DNA of 64,000 nt from Candidatus Pelagibacter sp. (GCA_013823725.1 PNMQ01000001.1:18437-82436), one strand, 5' to 3'. Counted from the stretch's first letter, positions 45,448 through 55,677 are shown. Notes: generated by a model not told the origin, from the letters alone. Numbers and translations are program-made.

Positions 45448-48400
45448 GATTGTTCACCATGAAGATGATTCACAGTTGAATATGAGGTGTGTATCTTTTT
45501 TTCCAAAGAAATAACATTTGAATTATTTTTAAAAACTTCTTTTGTTCTTTCAATATCTATCAGATTTTCATATCTAGTAGCAGGACGTTTTGTTGCTAAA
45601 TTTAATAAATCTTCACCGTCCAAAACTAAAACAACTCTGCCGTTGCCTAAAATGGAAGCACCGCCTACACCTGGTAAATTCACAATTCCTTGATGTACAT
45701 CTTTCATATATAGCTCGCTTCTATTCACCACTTCGTCTACATGAACCCCCAGCGTTGATTGTCCATCGTGTAAAACAACAATTGTTACTTTGTCTGATGC
45801 TTTAGGTTGACCAAATCCTAACAGAAATGCTAAATATGAAATGGGCAAAAAGTTATTACGTAATAAAACTGAGGGCTGACCTTTTAATGTCATCACTTGA
45901 CTGATATCGAATTCAATAATTTCGGTGACAAATCGACTGGGAATGGCGAACGTTTGCTGTGCAGCATTCACAATAAGAACTTCTTGTATAGCTGCGGACA
46001 AAGGCATTTTAAGAGATATTTTCGTACCCTTACCTTTTTGTGAGGTTACTGCTATATGCCCTCCTACTTTTGATACATTTGATCTAACAACGTCCATTCC
46101 AACACCTCGACCCGAGACTTCGGTTACAATTGCTGCTGTTGAAAATCCTGGATGAAAGATAAGATGATGAATTTCTTCCATACTTAAAACAGCATCTGGA
46201 GCTATTAATTGTTTGGATACAGCTTTTTTAAGAAGTTTTTCAGGATCCAACCCATAACCATCATCTTGAATGTCTATACGTATTTGGTTTCCTTGTTGTA
46301 CGGCTGAAATACAAATGGTTCCTGTTTCATCTTTCCCGTTTTGAAGACGAATATCAGGTGTTTCAATTCCGTGGTCAATACTGTTACGTAACATATGAAT
46401 TAAGGGATCAACAAGACAATCCACCATTGATTTATCAATACGTACTTCTTGTCCTTCAAGAACAAGATTAATTTTTTTACCTAATTGTTTGGAAACATCA
46501 CGTACAATGCGCGGCAAACGCTTAAAGACGGTTTCTAAAGGAATAACACGTAGGTTGAGGGCACTTTCTTGTAAATACCTTAATATGCTATGAATCGATG
46601 AATTATTTTCAGAAATAGCTTTATGAGAAGTATCCAGTTCTTGAAGAATGTTATTAAAAGATGATAATTCATCTTTAGGTATTTGATACTGGTTTTGTAA
46701 TTTTTTCATATAAGAATTTAAAGCAAGCAAGTTTGTTTTAAAACTATGGCTATTAATAGTGAAATTTAAATGGCTACATGCTAAAACCATTTCTCCAATA
46801 TCGTTCATAAATTTATCCAAAACATCACCTGGAACACGAATGGTTTCAGCAGATGCCGCTGATGCTGCAGATGTGCTTGTAGCTGATACTGTTTTTTTTG
46901 CTTCAGCAGGGGTAGGTGTATTTGCCTCACTAGGATCCAAAGTTTTTTCTGTAGAAGAAGCTGCCGATGGCATCATTTCTTCATGAAGGACGCTTGTTTT
47001 AGTTTGCTCTTTAATCAGTTCATCTGCCTTAAGATGATTAATTCCTTGATGAATTAAATCCCTTAATACTGTCGTTTGATCTTGGTTAATCATTAAATAT
47101 TTTTTGGCAGGATCAATATTTCTTAAGGCTTGCTCTAATTCAGCTTCTGGTTTCGTATATATGATAAGAAGTTCATACCAGGTTTTTTTATCAATAAACA
47201 AAGATCTATTAAATGGCATTTCAAAATTTTTAGTAGCAAACATTGCAAATGTTTCACCTATAGACTGATCTTCTTCTAGGTAAGTGGATACAACATAGCA
47301 AGTTTCTAGTCCTCCTTCTTTAAATCTTTTTTGTAAATCAGACAGCAATTCAACGTCTATTGTCTCTATAAAGGAAAGCTGTTCGTCTTCTTGGATTTCG
47401 GTCCACGTTAAAGATGAATTTTTGTTGCTTGCGCTCAAATAATTGTGGTGTTGCGCGAAGAGACTTATTATTGAATCATCGATTTTTGATAATGACGAGA
47501 TTTTTTCAGATATATCTGCCCAAAAAAGAATAATATTTTTAAGTGTCTCGTCTTTATCTTCTGTAATATTTTCAAAAGGCAAGGATCCAACAAACATGTC
47601 AAGATCAAGAAAATATTGCACGGGAATTTCATGGTGATTTTGATTTATTAAAAATCCAAAATCCAAAACCAACGTTTGAATTTGCTTGATAGGATATTTT
47701 AATTCTTCTTGTAAGATTAGATTAGAAAGACTCGTTTTAATAAGTTCAATAATAGATAGAATGATTTTGATCTCTGATGCTTGAAAAATATCTGGATGAT
47801 TTGCAAGCAGTAATAAACCATTATTCAACTGTATTTTTTTTGCATCATCAATAACTTTATACAGATTAACCCAATAATCAGGTAGACCTTTATGTAGATT
47901 TAATAGAACGCCATCAAGACTGAAAATAAAATCAAAAAAGCCCATCATATTGTAGCTTCTTCTCATCATATTCACCGTCCATTGAATATCGGTCTGATCT
48001 GCCAAAGGATCTTTCTTTATCAGATCTTGCATTTGATAACCGATCGCTTCAAGAAAATATTGAACGGTTTCGTCATCGTAGGACACAACAACTGAATCAG
48101 GAGAATCTAATTCTTCCAAAACAGAGGCGTGAGAAATAGCATCATCTACAGAATGATGAGAATCGGTTTTTTTAGCTTCTACAGACATGTCTTCTGCTTG
48201 TGCTTTGACGTCAACAACAGTTGTTTTTAGGGGGGCTGGTTTTGTAATGCAGGTGTCTGTAGAAATTAACACATCCCGCATAGCTTTAAGCTCATTTAAT
48301 AGATTTTCATCGGGTTCAATATTTTGCTGAATAGTGCATGCTTCCTCAATCATGCTTCGAATAGCATCTAATCCTCTAAGCAGCAAATCTACAATTTCAG

Positions 48401-48647
48401 GGTTAAAATTTGCTTTTTCTTCCCTGATGACTCCCAATATATCTTCGCAAACGTGTGCAAGACTTTCTATGCCTTTAAGATCCATACTTTTAGAAAGGCC
48501 TTTAATGGAATGGAAAGCTCTGAATAGTTCAGAGATAGAGCTTTTTTCAACAGCATTTGTTTCGGCATTTAAAAGATGTCTTTCAATGACTTCTATGTGT
48601 TCCTGACATTCAATTAAAAATTGTTTCCAAAACTCTTCAAAATCCAT
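45444..48647 (-). CDS. cheA: Chemotaxis histidine kinase CheA, enlarged (1067 aa)
   Basis: Hpt/P1 FRAFHSIKGLSKSM. Dimerisation TIRVPGDVLDKFMNDIGEMV. HATPase LIHMLRNSIDHGIE, DDGYGLD, SGRGVGMDVV. C-terminal CheW-like P5 (FAIPSRFVTEII...GNGRVVLVLD). About 450 aa of unassigned sequence lies between P1 and P3. Confidence 0.9.
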   Translation of the reverse strand: MDFEEFWKQFLIECQEHIEVIERHLLNAETNAVEKSSISELFRAFHSIKGLSKSMDLKGIESLAHVCEDILGVIREEKANFNPEIVDLLLRGLDAIRSMIEEACTIQQNIEPDENLLNELKAMRDVLISTDTCITKPAPLKTTVVDVKAQAEDMSVEAKKTDSHHSVDDAISHASVLEELDSPDSVVVSYDDETVQYFLEAIGYQMQDLIKKDPLADQTDIQWTVNMMRRSYNMMGFFDFIFSLDGVLLNLHKGLPDYWVNLYKVIDDAKKIQLNNGLLLLANHPDIFQASEIKIILSIIELIKTSLSNLILQEELKYPIKQIQTLVLDFGFLINQNHHEIPVQYFLDLDMFVGSLPFENITEDKDETLKNIILFWADISEKISSLSKIDDSIISLFAQHHNYLSASNKNSSLTWTEIQEDEQLSFIETIDVELLSDLQKRFKEGGLETCYVVSTYLEEDQSIGETFAMFATKNFEMPFNRSLFIDKKTWYELLIIYTKPEAELEQALRNIDPAKKYLMINQDQTTVLRDLIHQGINHLKADELIKEQTKTSVLHEEMMPSAASSTEKTLDPSEANTPTPAEAKKTVSATSTSAASAASAETIRVPGDVLDKFMNDIGEMVLACSHLNFTINSHSFKTNLLALNSYMKKLQNQYQIPKDELSSFNNILQELDTSHKAISENNSSIHSILRYLQESALNLRVIPLETVFKRLPRIVRDVSKQLGKKINLVLEGQEVRIDKSMVDCLVDPLIHMLRNSIDHGIETPDIRLQNGKDETGTICISAVQQGNQIRIDIQDDGYGLDPEKLLKKAVSKQLIAPDAVLSMEEIHHLIFHPGFSTAAIVTEVSGRGVGMDVVRSNVSKVGGHIAVTSQKGKGTKISLKMPLSAAIQEVLIVNAAQQTFAIPSRFVTEIIEFDISQVMTLKGQPSVLLRNNFLPISYLAFLLGFGQPKASDKVTIVVLHDGQSTLGVHVDEVVNRSELYMKDVHQGIVNLPGVGGASILGNGRVVLVLDGEDLLNLATKRPATRYENLIDIERTKEVFKNNSNVISLEKKIHTSYSTVNHLHGEQS

Positions 48648-48785
48648 AAAACATCAAAAAATATATTTATTGGTATCATTATGAACTAACAATATTAAAA
48701 ATGAATTAATGTTTATATATTGCTTTTTATAAATCATAATTAGATTGTTTAAATAAAAAAATATTTATTTAAACGTTACTATTTA

Positions 48786-49514
48786 TCAGGCTCGGCCAAC
48801 AACAAGAACATCAACACGTGATGCCCCTTTGCATAATAATTCATTAGCACATTCATTTAGGCTTGCTCCTGATGTCAATACGTCATCAATAAGAAGGACA
48901 GATTTGCCTTTAAAACTATGTTCACATGCCTGAAAAGCACCTTTGACATTGGTCTGTCTATCTTTTGCGCATTTGTGACCTTGAGAAGGTGTATTTTTAA
49001 TGCGTAAAATCTTGTGTGATAAATCTATAAAAGAATAAGACTTTTGTTTTTGTATTTCATAAAGCAGTAATGAAGACTGATTAAATCCACGGGAAAATAA
49101 TCTCCAACGTGATAAGGGCATGGCAATAATTATATCGTGGTTATGTTCAAATGATTTTAAACGACTTATCATCCATTTTCCCATCATTGAAACAATGGAA
49201 TCATTGGCGTGATGTTTAAGTTGGAAAAAAAGTTTCTGTGAATTTTTATTATAAACAATACAGGCTTTAGCTTGACCAAAAGCAAAAGGATAACTATAAC
49301 AATGTCGACATTCAGCTCCATCAAAGTCTATATTGCCTCCGCACTTTTCACAAGAGGTATGAGAAATAAATTCAATTTTATTCCAACATTCATAGCATAG
49401 TGATACAGAAACATGTGTTAATTCACTTTCAATATCCAAATATTCAGTGCAAATAATACATCGATTTGGTAAAACAAAATTTAATAAAGTATACACGGTT
49501 TTTTGCATTGGCAT
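48786..49514 (-). CDS. comF: ComF-family protein (phosphoribosyltransferase-like)
   Basis: N-terminal Cys-rich zinc-finger region (CIIC...CYEC...CEKCG...CRHC). C-terminal PRTase motif VLLIDDVLTSGASL. Confidence 0.85.
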   Translation of the reverse strand: MPMQKTVYTLLNFVLPNRCIICTEYLDIESELTHVSVSLCYECWNKIEFISHTSCEKCGGNIDFDGAECRHCYSYPFAFGQAKACIVYNKNSQKLFFQLKHHANDSIVSMMGKWMISRLKSFEHNHDIIIAMPLSRWRLFSRGFNQSSLLLYEIQKQKSYSFIDLSHKILRIKNTPSQGHKCAKDRQTNVKGAFQACEHSFKGKSVLLIDDVLTSGASLNECANELLCKGASRVDVLVVGRA

Positions 49515-49623
49515 GGATTTTTTTTGTTTTATACTGAATTGAATTGATTAATATTGAATTTAATTTGAATTTTTATTTAGATTATTGTAAAATATATTTG
49601 TTAATTATAATATTAAAAAATAA

Positions 49624-50574
49624 ATGAAAAAATTTATGGTATTTTTTTTGATTATTGTATCATATTATCAAGTATCAGAAACAGCTTCTGCTTTTGCTGT
49701 TGATCAAAATTCTGAATTGTTATTATTATCTCAATTAAAAGATACAAAAGAAAGCCAACCTCTTTCCAAACAACTTGAGATGGTCGATCTTATTGTTGGC
49801 GAAACTGACCAATTCAAAATTCTTGTGTTAGGAGCTTACCCATCACAAAGTGATCAATTTAATTTTGAACAATACCTTGATCCTCTCGTTTTTTACGTTG
49901 ATCGATTAATCCTTACGGATAAAACAGAAGACTTAACGTCTCCTTTTTTTATTAAAAGTGATGTTACAGATATGCATTTTCTTAACGAAATGGTCGGACG
50001 GTTTGAACAAATGTTTGATCTAATCACGGTCGATTGGGCCGTAACAAATCATTTTCACTGGAATATTGAACATATTGACGCATTTGTTAAATTATTGAAA
50101 AAAGGTGGAAAATTTATATTTGACTATACTCCATCTATGTTTGAATACATACAATATGATGAAGACTTGTGCATAAAAACAGTTACTCATTATTCTGCAG
50201 AACTTCAAGCTCCTTTAACTCGATCAACGAAAGTCTCTAAAAGAGTTTCTTACAAAATAATGCCAAATCCAAAAAATATAAGCCCAGATCTTTATCAACG
50301 TTATGCTGAAGCAGTATCAAGTAATTATAAGCAAAGCATGCTTGTCCACCATTCAAGATTTTGCACCGAAGATGAAAATGCAAGTATTAATGCTATTTAC
50401 CTTCAGTATCTCAGTGAATTAATTAAACCTTGTATAAAAGATATCGAAATTGAATGTATTACAGGCATCATTCCTTATTGGCAAAGTAGTGCGTCAGATC
50501 CAAGTCGTTTTTCTTGCATTATGGAACAGCAAAAGAGAAATGGAACCCCATATATCTGCATCACAAAAAAATAA
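49624..50574 (+). CDS. Hypothetical secreted protein, weakly class-I-methyltransferase-like
   Basis: Signal peptide MKKFMVFFLIIVSYYQVSETASA. KILVLGAYPS, FDLITVDWAV and LLKKGGKFIFD loosely resemble SAM-MTase motifs I, II/III and post-III. Weak. Confidence 0.3.
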   Translation: MKKFMVFFLIIVSYYQVSETASAFAVDQNSELLLLSQLKDTKESQPLSKQLEMVDLIVGETDQFKILVLGAYPSQSDQFNFEQYLDPLVFYVDRLILTDKTEDLTSPFFIKSDVTDMHFLNEMVGRFEQMFDLITVDWAVTNHFHWNIEHIDAFVKLLKKGGKFIFDYTPSMFEYIQYDEDLCIKTVTHYSAELQAPLTRSTKVSKRVSYKIMPNPKNISPDLYQRYAEAVSSNYKQSMLVHHSRFCTEDENASINAIYLQYLSELIKPCIKDIEIECITGIIPYWQSSASDPSRFSCIMEQQKRNGTPYICITKK

Positions 50575-50718
50575 AGTTAATCGAACGATGCCTGTTTTTA
50601 AGTATAGCTAAAAGCTGAATGAGGATTAAATTTAAATTTTTAATGACGCATTTATAGAAATGATCTTTAAAACAACTTGAGTTTTACGTTAAAGATTTTT
50701 ATAATCAATAATATATGA

Positions 50719-50795
50719 CGGAACGTAGCGCAGCCTGGTAGCGCACTATTCTGGGGGGATAGGGGTCGTGGGTTCAAATCCCGCCGTTCCGACCA
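50719..50795 (+). tRNA. tRNA-Pro (anticodon GGG)
   Basis: Hand-folded cloverleaf. Acceptor cggaacg/cgttccg. D-arm gcgc-agcctggta-gcgc. Anticodon arm ctatt-[ctGGGgg]-gatag. Variable loop gggtc. T-arm gtggg-ttcaaat-cccgc. Discriminator A and encoded CCA. Confidence 0.9.
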
Positions 50796-50828
50796 TGAAA
50801 ATGGTCTTTATTGCTTTTACAATATTTT

Positions 50829-51851
50829 TTAAAGCACAAGGTTTTGTGTTAAATTTTTCAGCAGTTTTTTTGTATCTGAATCAGGAATTTTTTCAAGCTC
50901 GTTAAAGGCTTTTTCAAGTTCTGATTTTAAATACGATTGGCATTCTTCAAAGACATTAAATTGATGCATCCATTTTTGTACGATGGTAAGTTCATTGGCA
51001 AGTTTATTTTTTCTTTCATAAGAATGCATATTTTTTAGTTCATTCCACAGCGGCTCCAAAAAATCATGGTTGGCTTGTTCTTTGATTTTTTGATACAGAA
51101 TAATAAGTGGTAGGGTCATTTTTCCTTCAAAAAAATCATCGCCGCAATCTTTGCCAAAATTTGTCGATGGAAAATAGTCGAGTAAATCATCTCGTATTTG
51201 AAAAGCTACACCAAAGTATTGTCCAAAATTCTTAAGTGCCAGTACCATTTCTGGTTCTACATTATTGGTTTGACAATATGCTCCTACCCATGTTGATGCA
51301 CGAAATAAGGCTGCTGTTTTTCGTTGAATTGTTTCATAGTATTGAGTCACTGTAACAGACAAATCAAAATTCTGTTTTAATTGTAATATTTCACCTTCAG
51401 TAATCAATGAAGAAACATTGGATAAAATATCGAGGACACCTTTAGTGTCACAACGCACCATAAGCTGAAAAGCTTTTGAAAATAAATAATCTCCTAAAAG
51501 AATAGTCGATGTATTTCCAAAAACGGTATGACACGTTGGTTTCCCTCGTCTTAATTCAGACATATCAATAACGTCATCATGTAAAAGTGTTGCAGAATGA
51601 ATCATTTCAACTGCCGCAGCCAAGTTGAAAGCATCTGCGTTTAATACTGAATTAGCAGGTGCACACGCTTTTGCAGATGCTAATGTTAACAAGGGGCGTA
51701 AATGCTTTCCTTGGCCTTTAAATGCAAAAGCAAGCATTTCCATAAGATAAGCGACATCGCTATCTAAAACACCATGAAAAACATCTTCGAACTGTTTTAA
51801 TTCAGTTTGGAGATGTTTTTTCATGCATTCTATCGTCGTTTGAATGTTCAT
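50829..51851 (-). CDS. ispB: Polyprenyl (octaprenyl) diphosphate synthase
   Basis: First and second Asp-rich motifs LLHDDVIDMSELRRGKPT and FQIRDDLLD. Confidence 0.9.
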   Translation of the reverse strand: MNIQTTIECMKKHLQTELKQFEDVFHGVLDSDVAYLMEMLAFAFKGQGKHLRPLLTLASAKACAPANSVLNADAFNLAAAVEMIHSATLLHDDVIDMSELRRGKPTCHTVFGNTSTILLGDYLFSKAFQLMVRCDTKGVLDILSNVSSLITEGEILQLKQNFDLSVTVTQYYETIQRKTAALFRASTWVGAYCQTNNVEPEMVLALKNFGQYFGVAFQIRDDLLDYFPSTNFGKDCGDDFFEGKMTLPLIILYQKIKEQANHDFLEPLWNELKNMHSYERKNKLANELTIVQKWMHQFNVFEECQSYLKSELEKAFNELEKIPDSDTKKLLKNLTQNLVL

Positions 51852-51860
51852 TGTTAAGAA

Positions 51861-53546
51861 CTATTCTTCAAGTAAATGCACACAAATGACAGGTTTTTTA
51901 TTCAGTTCTCCAAATATCATTTTTCGAATAGCAATTTCAATTTGTGACGTCACATTCTTATGAGTAACAGATACTGTTTCTAATATACGTGTGATTGTAA
52001 ATTCAATCTCTTGCGTTAGATTCTGCTGTTCTTCTGGGGTAGCTACGAGTCCGAAAAATTTCACAATAGGTGAAAAAGATAACGTATTTCGGTCGTTAAC
52101 AACGATAGTGACAAAACATGCACCTTCATCTGAAAGCTTATAGCGTTCTTTAACGGTTTCGCTGTTAAGTGGAATAAGCCTGTTACCATCAAACGCCCAT
52201 TTTGAGGTCGGGATAACTTCTATTTCATCAAATTCGTCATGAGACAAAGAAACAACAGATCCATTTTCAGGAATAAACACGTTATCCACACCGCACTCAT
52301 AGGCAAATTTACCATGTGCATCAAGGTGTCTAGCATCACCATGAACAGGGATCAGAAAACGTGGTTTAACCCAGTCGTACATTTGTCTTAATTCTTCTCT
52401 AGCTGGGTGCCCTGATGTATGAATATCTTCTTCTAAAGAAGTTACAATCTGTGCACCTTGGTGGATGATTTGATTTTGTAGTGATGAAATAGCTTTTTCA
52501 TTTCCAGGTATCATTCTTGATGAAAAAATGACGACATCATTTTCATCTAATCTAATTTGAGGATGCGTCTTTGAAACGATTCTAGCAAGTCCAGCTCTGT
52601 ATTCGCCTTGTGAACCTGTTGTTAAAATGCACAGTTCATGGGGCTTATAACGTTTAATTTCTTCTTCAGAAATAAGTTCTGGCAAATCTGTTAAATATCC
52701 TGTTTCGCGTGCTGCACCAACCATTTTATGCATGGATCTACCCACAAGGCATGTTTTACGACCTAAATCATGGGCAATTTGAATGATGCTTTGGACACGC
52801 GCAACATTTGATGCAAAGCAAGAAATAATAAGCCTTTCATCGGTGTATCTGCCCATTACTTCTTTAAGACTTGCATACACATCTTTTTCTGATCCCGATG
52901 TTCCTTCAGTAAAAATATTGGTCGAATCACAAATTAAGGCTAAAACGCCTTCTTCTCCTAATTCTTTTAGTCTTGTAATGTTGGTCTCTTTACCTATTTG
53001 TGGATGGGGATCAAGTTTCCAGTCTCCAGAATGCAAAACCATACCTTTAGATGTTTGAATTTTAATGGCATTGGGCTCTGGAATAGAGTGAGTTAATGTA
53101 ATAAATTCTAAATCAAATACGCCAATTTTAAATTTCGCGTTTAAATCCAGTTCATGAATTTCAACACGTTTTTTCCACATCTTATCATAAATTTTATTGC
53201 GAATGATTTGTGCTGTAAATGGTGTAGCATAAAGTGGACATTCTAAATACGACCATAAATAGGGTAAAGCACCGACGTGATCTTCATGAGCATGCGTAAA
53301 GACAATGCCTCTAATAAGGTGTTTATACTTTACTAAAAAGGATGGGTCTGGTGTTAGAACGTCTATGCCAACCTTATCATGAAAAGATATCCCTAAGTCC
53401 ACGATAAGAATTTGGTTTTGGTGAATAAATAAGTTAAGATTCATCCCAATTTCATTGCATCCACCTATGGGTAGGAAGATGAACTTTTCAGGATCATAGG
53501 GCAACAAGCTATGATCTAAGTTATCTTTATTTTTAGTTTTAGACAC
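51861..53546 (-). CDS. rnj: Ribonuclease J
   Basis: Metallo-beta-lactamase motif FTHAHEDHVGALP, beta-CASP region, HTSGHPAREE, and length of 561 aa. Confidence 0.9.
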   Translation of the reverse strand: MSKTKNKDNLDHSLLPYDPEKFIFLPIGGCNEIGMNLNLFIHQNQILIVDLGISFHDKVGIDVLTPDPSFLVKYKHLIRGIVFTHAHEDHVGALPYLWSYLECPLYATPFTAQIIRNKIYDKMWKKRVEIHELDLNAKFKIGVFDLEFITLTHSIPEPNAIKIQTSKGMVLHSGDWKLDPHPQIGKETNITRLKELGEEGVLALICDSTNIFTEGTSGSEKDVYASLKEVMGRYTDERLIISCFASNVARVQSIIQIAHDLGRKTCLVGRSMHKMVGAARETGYLTDLPELISEEEIKRYKPHELCILTTGSQGEYRAGLARIVSKTHPQIRLDENDVVIFSSRMIPGNEKAISSLQNQIIHQGAQIVTSLEEDIHTSGHPAREELRQMYDWVKPRFLIPVHGDARHLDAHGKFAYECGVDNVFIPENGSVVSLSHDEFDEIEVIPTSKWAFDGNRLIPLNSETVKERYKLSDEGACFVTIVVNDRNTLSFSPIVKFFGLVATPEEQQNLTQEIEFTITRILETVSVTHKNVTSQIEIAIRKMIFGELNKKPVICVHLLEE

Positions 53547-53571
53547 GTGGAATTCCTTTGTAAAAAATATA

Positions 53572-54345
53572 TTATTGGTTTAAAAGTTGCTGGCGATAAG
53601 CTTCAGCAAGGGCTAACGTTGTAGCCTGAGAAACATTAAGTGTTGTCATGGTTGAAGCAGTCAGTAATTTTGCTGTAAAGTCACATTTGGATTGAGTAAG
53701 ACGTCTCATGCCGTCACCTTCAGATCCCATGACAATAGCGATACGACCTTTCATGTCAATATCTTGAAGTGTTTTGTTTGTGTTTTCTGCAAGTCCAACA
53801 CTCCAGAATCCATCATCTTTTAATTTATCAATTGCCTGTGCAAGGTTCGCTACATAGCATAAAGGAACCAGATCTAGCCCTCCACTTGCAATTTTGGCAA
53901 TCAAGGCAGATTCTTTAGGTGAATGGCGCGAGGTCAGCACAATACCAGAAACACCAAATACGGCGCAGCTACGCAATATTGCACCAATATTATGTGGATC
54001 TGAAATATGATCAAGAACAACAACAATAGAATTTTTATCGGTTGGCTGATAAAGGTCGCTTAAGTCCACAAAGGGCAAGGGCTCTGTTTGCAACACAATG
54101 CCTTGATGCACAGCATCTTCACTAACCATATTGCGGATTTGATTTTTATCAGCTTTTTTAACGGAAATTTTCTTACCAAAACGAACAATGTGATCAATAA
54201 TCTCTTGTTGTGGTTTAAGTTCAGGTAGATAGTGCGCAAACTCTTTAGTTTTCAAAACATCATAATTGGAAACATAAACATTTAAGATGTTTCTTTTTTT
54301 ATGACCAAGAGCAGACGCACATGTGTGGACGCCGTAAAGGTACAT
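53572..54345 (-). CDS. rlmB: 23S rRNA (guanosine-2'-O-)-methyltransferase, SpoU/TrmH family
   Basis: LDHISDPHNIGAILRSCAVFG, IVMGSEGDGMR, LNVSQATTLAL (SpoU motifs 1-3). Confidence 0.85.
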   Translation of the reverse strand: MYLYGVHTCASALGHKKRNILNVYVSNYDVLKTKEFAHYLPELKPQQEIIDHIVRFGKKISVKKADKNQIRNMVSEDAVHQGIVLQTEPLPFVDLSDLYQPTDKNSIVVVLDHISDPHNIGAILRSCAVFGVSGIVLTSRHSPKESALIAKIASGGLDLVPLCYVANLAQAIDKLKDDGFWSVGLAENTNKTLQDIDMKGRIAIVMGSEGDGMRRLTQSKCDFTAKLLTASTMTTLNVSQATTLALAEAYRQQLLNQ

Positions 54346-54353
54346 ACAAATAA

Positions 54354-54665
54354 TTAAACGTCTTGAAGCCAGTCAAGCATTTTTTGCTTAGACATAGCGC
54401 CTTGCGTGCTTATGATTTTACCATTTTTGTATAAAATAAGAGTAGGAATAGAGCGGATACCAAGCATGTTGGGGATGTTTGGGTTATTATCAATGTTAAG
54501 TTTGAAAAATTGAACGCGATCAGCAAGCAGAGTTGATACTTCATCTAATACCGGAGCCAATTGGCGGCATGGTTGACACCAGTCAGCCATAAAATCCACT
54601 ACAACGGGTAAGGATGAATCAATGACTTTTTTTTGAAAGTCTGCTTCATTTAAATGTTCAATCAT
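54354..54665 (-). CDS. trxA: Thioredoxin with a WCQPC active site
   Basis: VVVDFMADWCQPCRQLAPVL, IRSIPTLILYKNGK. 103 aa. Confidence 0.92.
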   Translation of the reverse strand: MIEHLNEADFQKKVIDSSLPVVVDFMADWCQPCRQLAPVLDEVSTLLADRVQFFKLNIDNNPNIPNMLGIRSIPTLILYKNGKIISTQGAMSKQKMLDWLQDV

Positions 54666-54766
54666 TATCTTTTTCTCTTTTAACTAAGTTATGTTCAACT
54701 TTATCAAAAAACAAAAAAAAATGAAACAGTTTTTAACCAATTTATCCTGAGAATAAAGGGGTTTGT

Positions 54767-55366
54767 CTATTGTAAAGTCTGGGTGCTGATAATCAGATGG
54801 GTGTGATTTTTGATTTCAACGTGAATGGATACACGTAAAGATTCAGCAAGCTTTGCAATGTAATAGGGCAATATGTTGCGAACATTTAATTCTTGTGAAT
54901 CAGGATGTTGCAGCATTTCAAGATAGCCTTGTCTCATTTGAAAAGAAGAAGCTTCAGATTTAAAAATCAAAGAATCATCATCAAGAGTAACTAAAAGTTC
55001 TCCGCCTTTTGTTAAGGCTTCAATCATAAGGTAAGATAGTCCCAATAAAAGACGTGAAGCCATCCCATCTGGGCAGTCTATAGGAAGATCAATTGCCACT
55101 TTACTTAATTTTGCGCAACCATACAGCAATTGGAATACATCAGCATAGCAAGGGAGTGTTTCATTGGCAGAAAGAAGTAATCTGTAGAATTGTATTCTAT
55201 GAGAAGACTTTTCAAGACTTTCTCTGAAAGTCGATTCAATATGGGGGTCTTTGCAATGCTCAAATGCGAAATCTAACAAAAGATTCATGGCGCTTAAGGG
55301 TGTCGCTAAATCGTGACACATTTTAGCAGCCATTAAGTGAGTTTGGTAATGTTCGGACTGGCCCAT
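54767..55366 (-). CDS. chpT: Histidine phosphotransferase ChpT-like
   Basis: CHDLATPLSAMNLLLD (phosphorylatable His in a DHp-like helix) plus a degenerate CA-like C-terminal domain. Size and layout match the alphaproteobacterial ChpT family. Confidence 0.65.
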   Translation of the reverse strand: MGQSEHYQTHLMAAKMCHDLATPLSAMNLLLDFAFEHCKDPHIESTFRESLEKSSHRIQFYRLLLSANETLPCYADVFQLLYGCAKLSKVAIDLPIDCPDGMASRLLLGLSYLMIEALTKGGELLVTLDDDSLIFKSEASSFQMRQGYLEMLQHPDSQELNVRNILPYYIAKLAESLRVSIHVEIKNHTHLIISTQTLQ

Positions 55367-55398
55367 ATTGAAAATATTTCTTAGTTAGTCTAAAGCTA

Positions 55399-55677
55399 TT
55401 ATACTTTAGTTTTAATTATTTTTTGTAGGCTTCTCATTTCATTGCTAAGCTTACGAGCAGGTGATTTCAAAAGAAATGCATCTAAACCGCCATGGAATTC
55501 AATCGTTCTCATGCCGTTTGTTGTAAGGCGAAGTTGGATCGAACGACCTAATTTTTCGCTCATAAAAGAAACGTGTTGCATGTTGATATTGAATTTTCTT
55601 TTAGTTTTGTTATTTGCGTGGCTAACGTTGTTGCCAGACATTACTTTTTTGTGAGTCACAGGACATACTTTTGCCAT
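55399..55677 (-). CDS. rpmB: 50S ribosomal protein L28
   Basis: MAKVCPVTHKKVMSGNNVSHANNKTKRKFNINMQ. Confidence 0.95.
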   Translation of the reverse strand: MAKVCPVTHKKVMSGNNVSHANNKTKRKFNINMQHVSFMSEKLGRSIQLRLTTNGMRTIEFHGGLDAFLLKSPARKLSNEMRSLQKIIKTKV

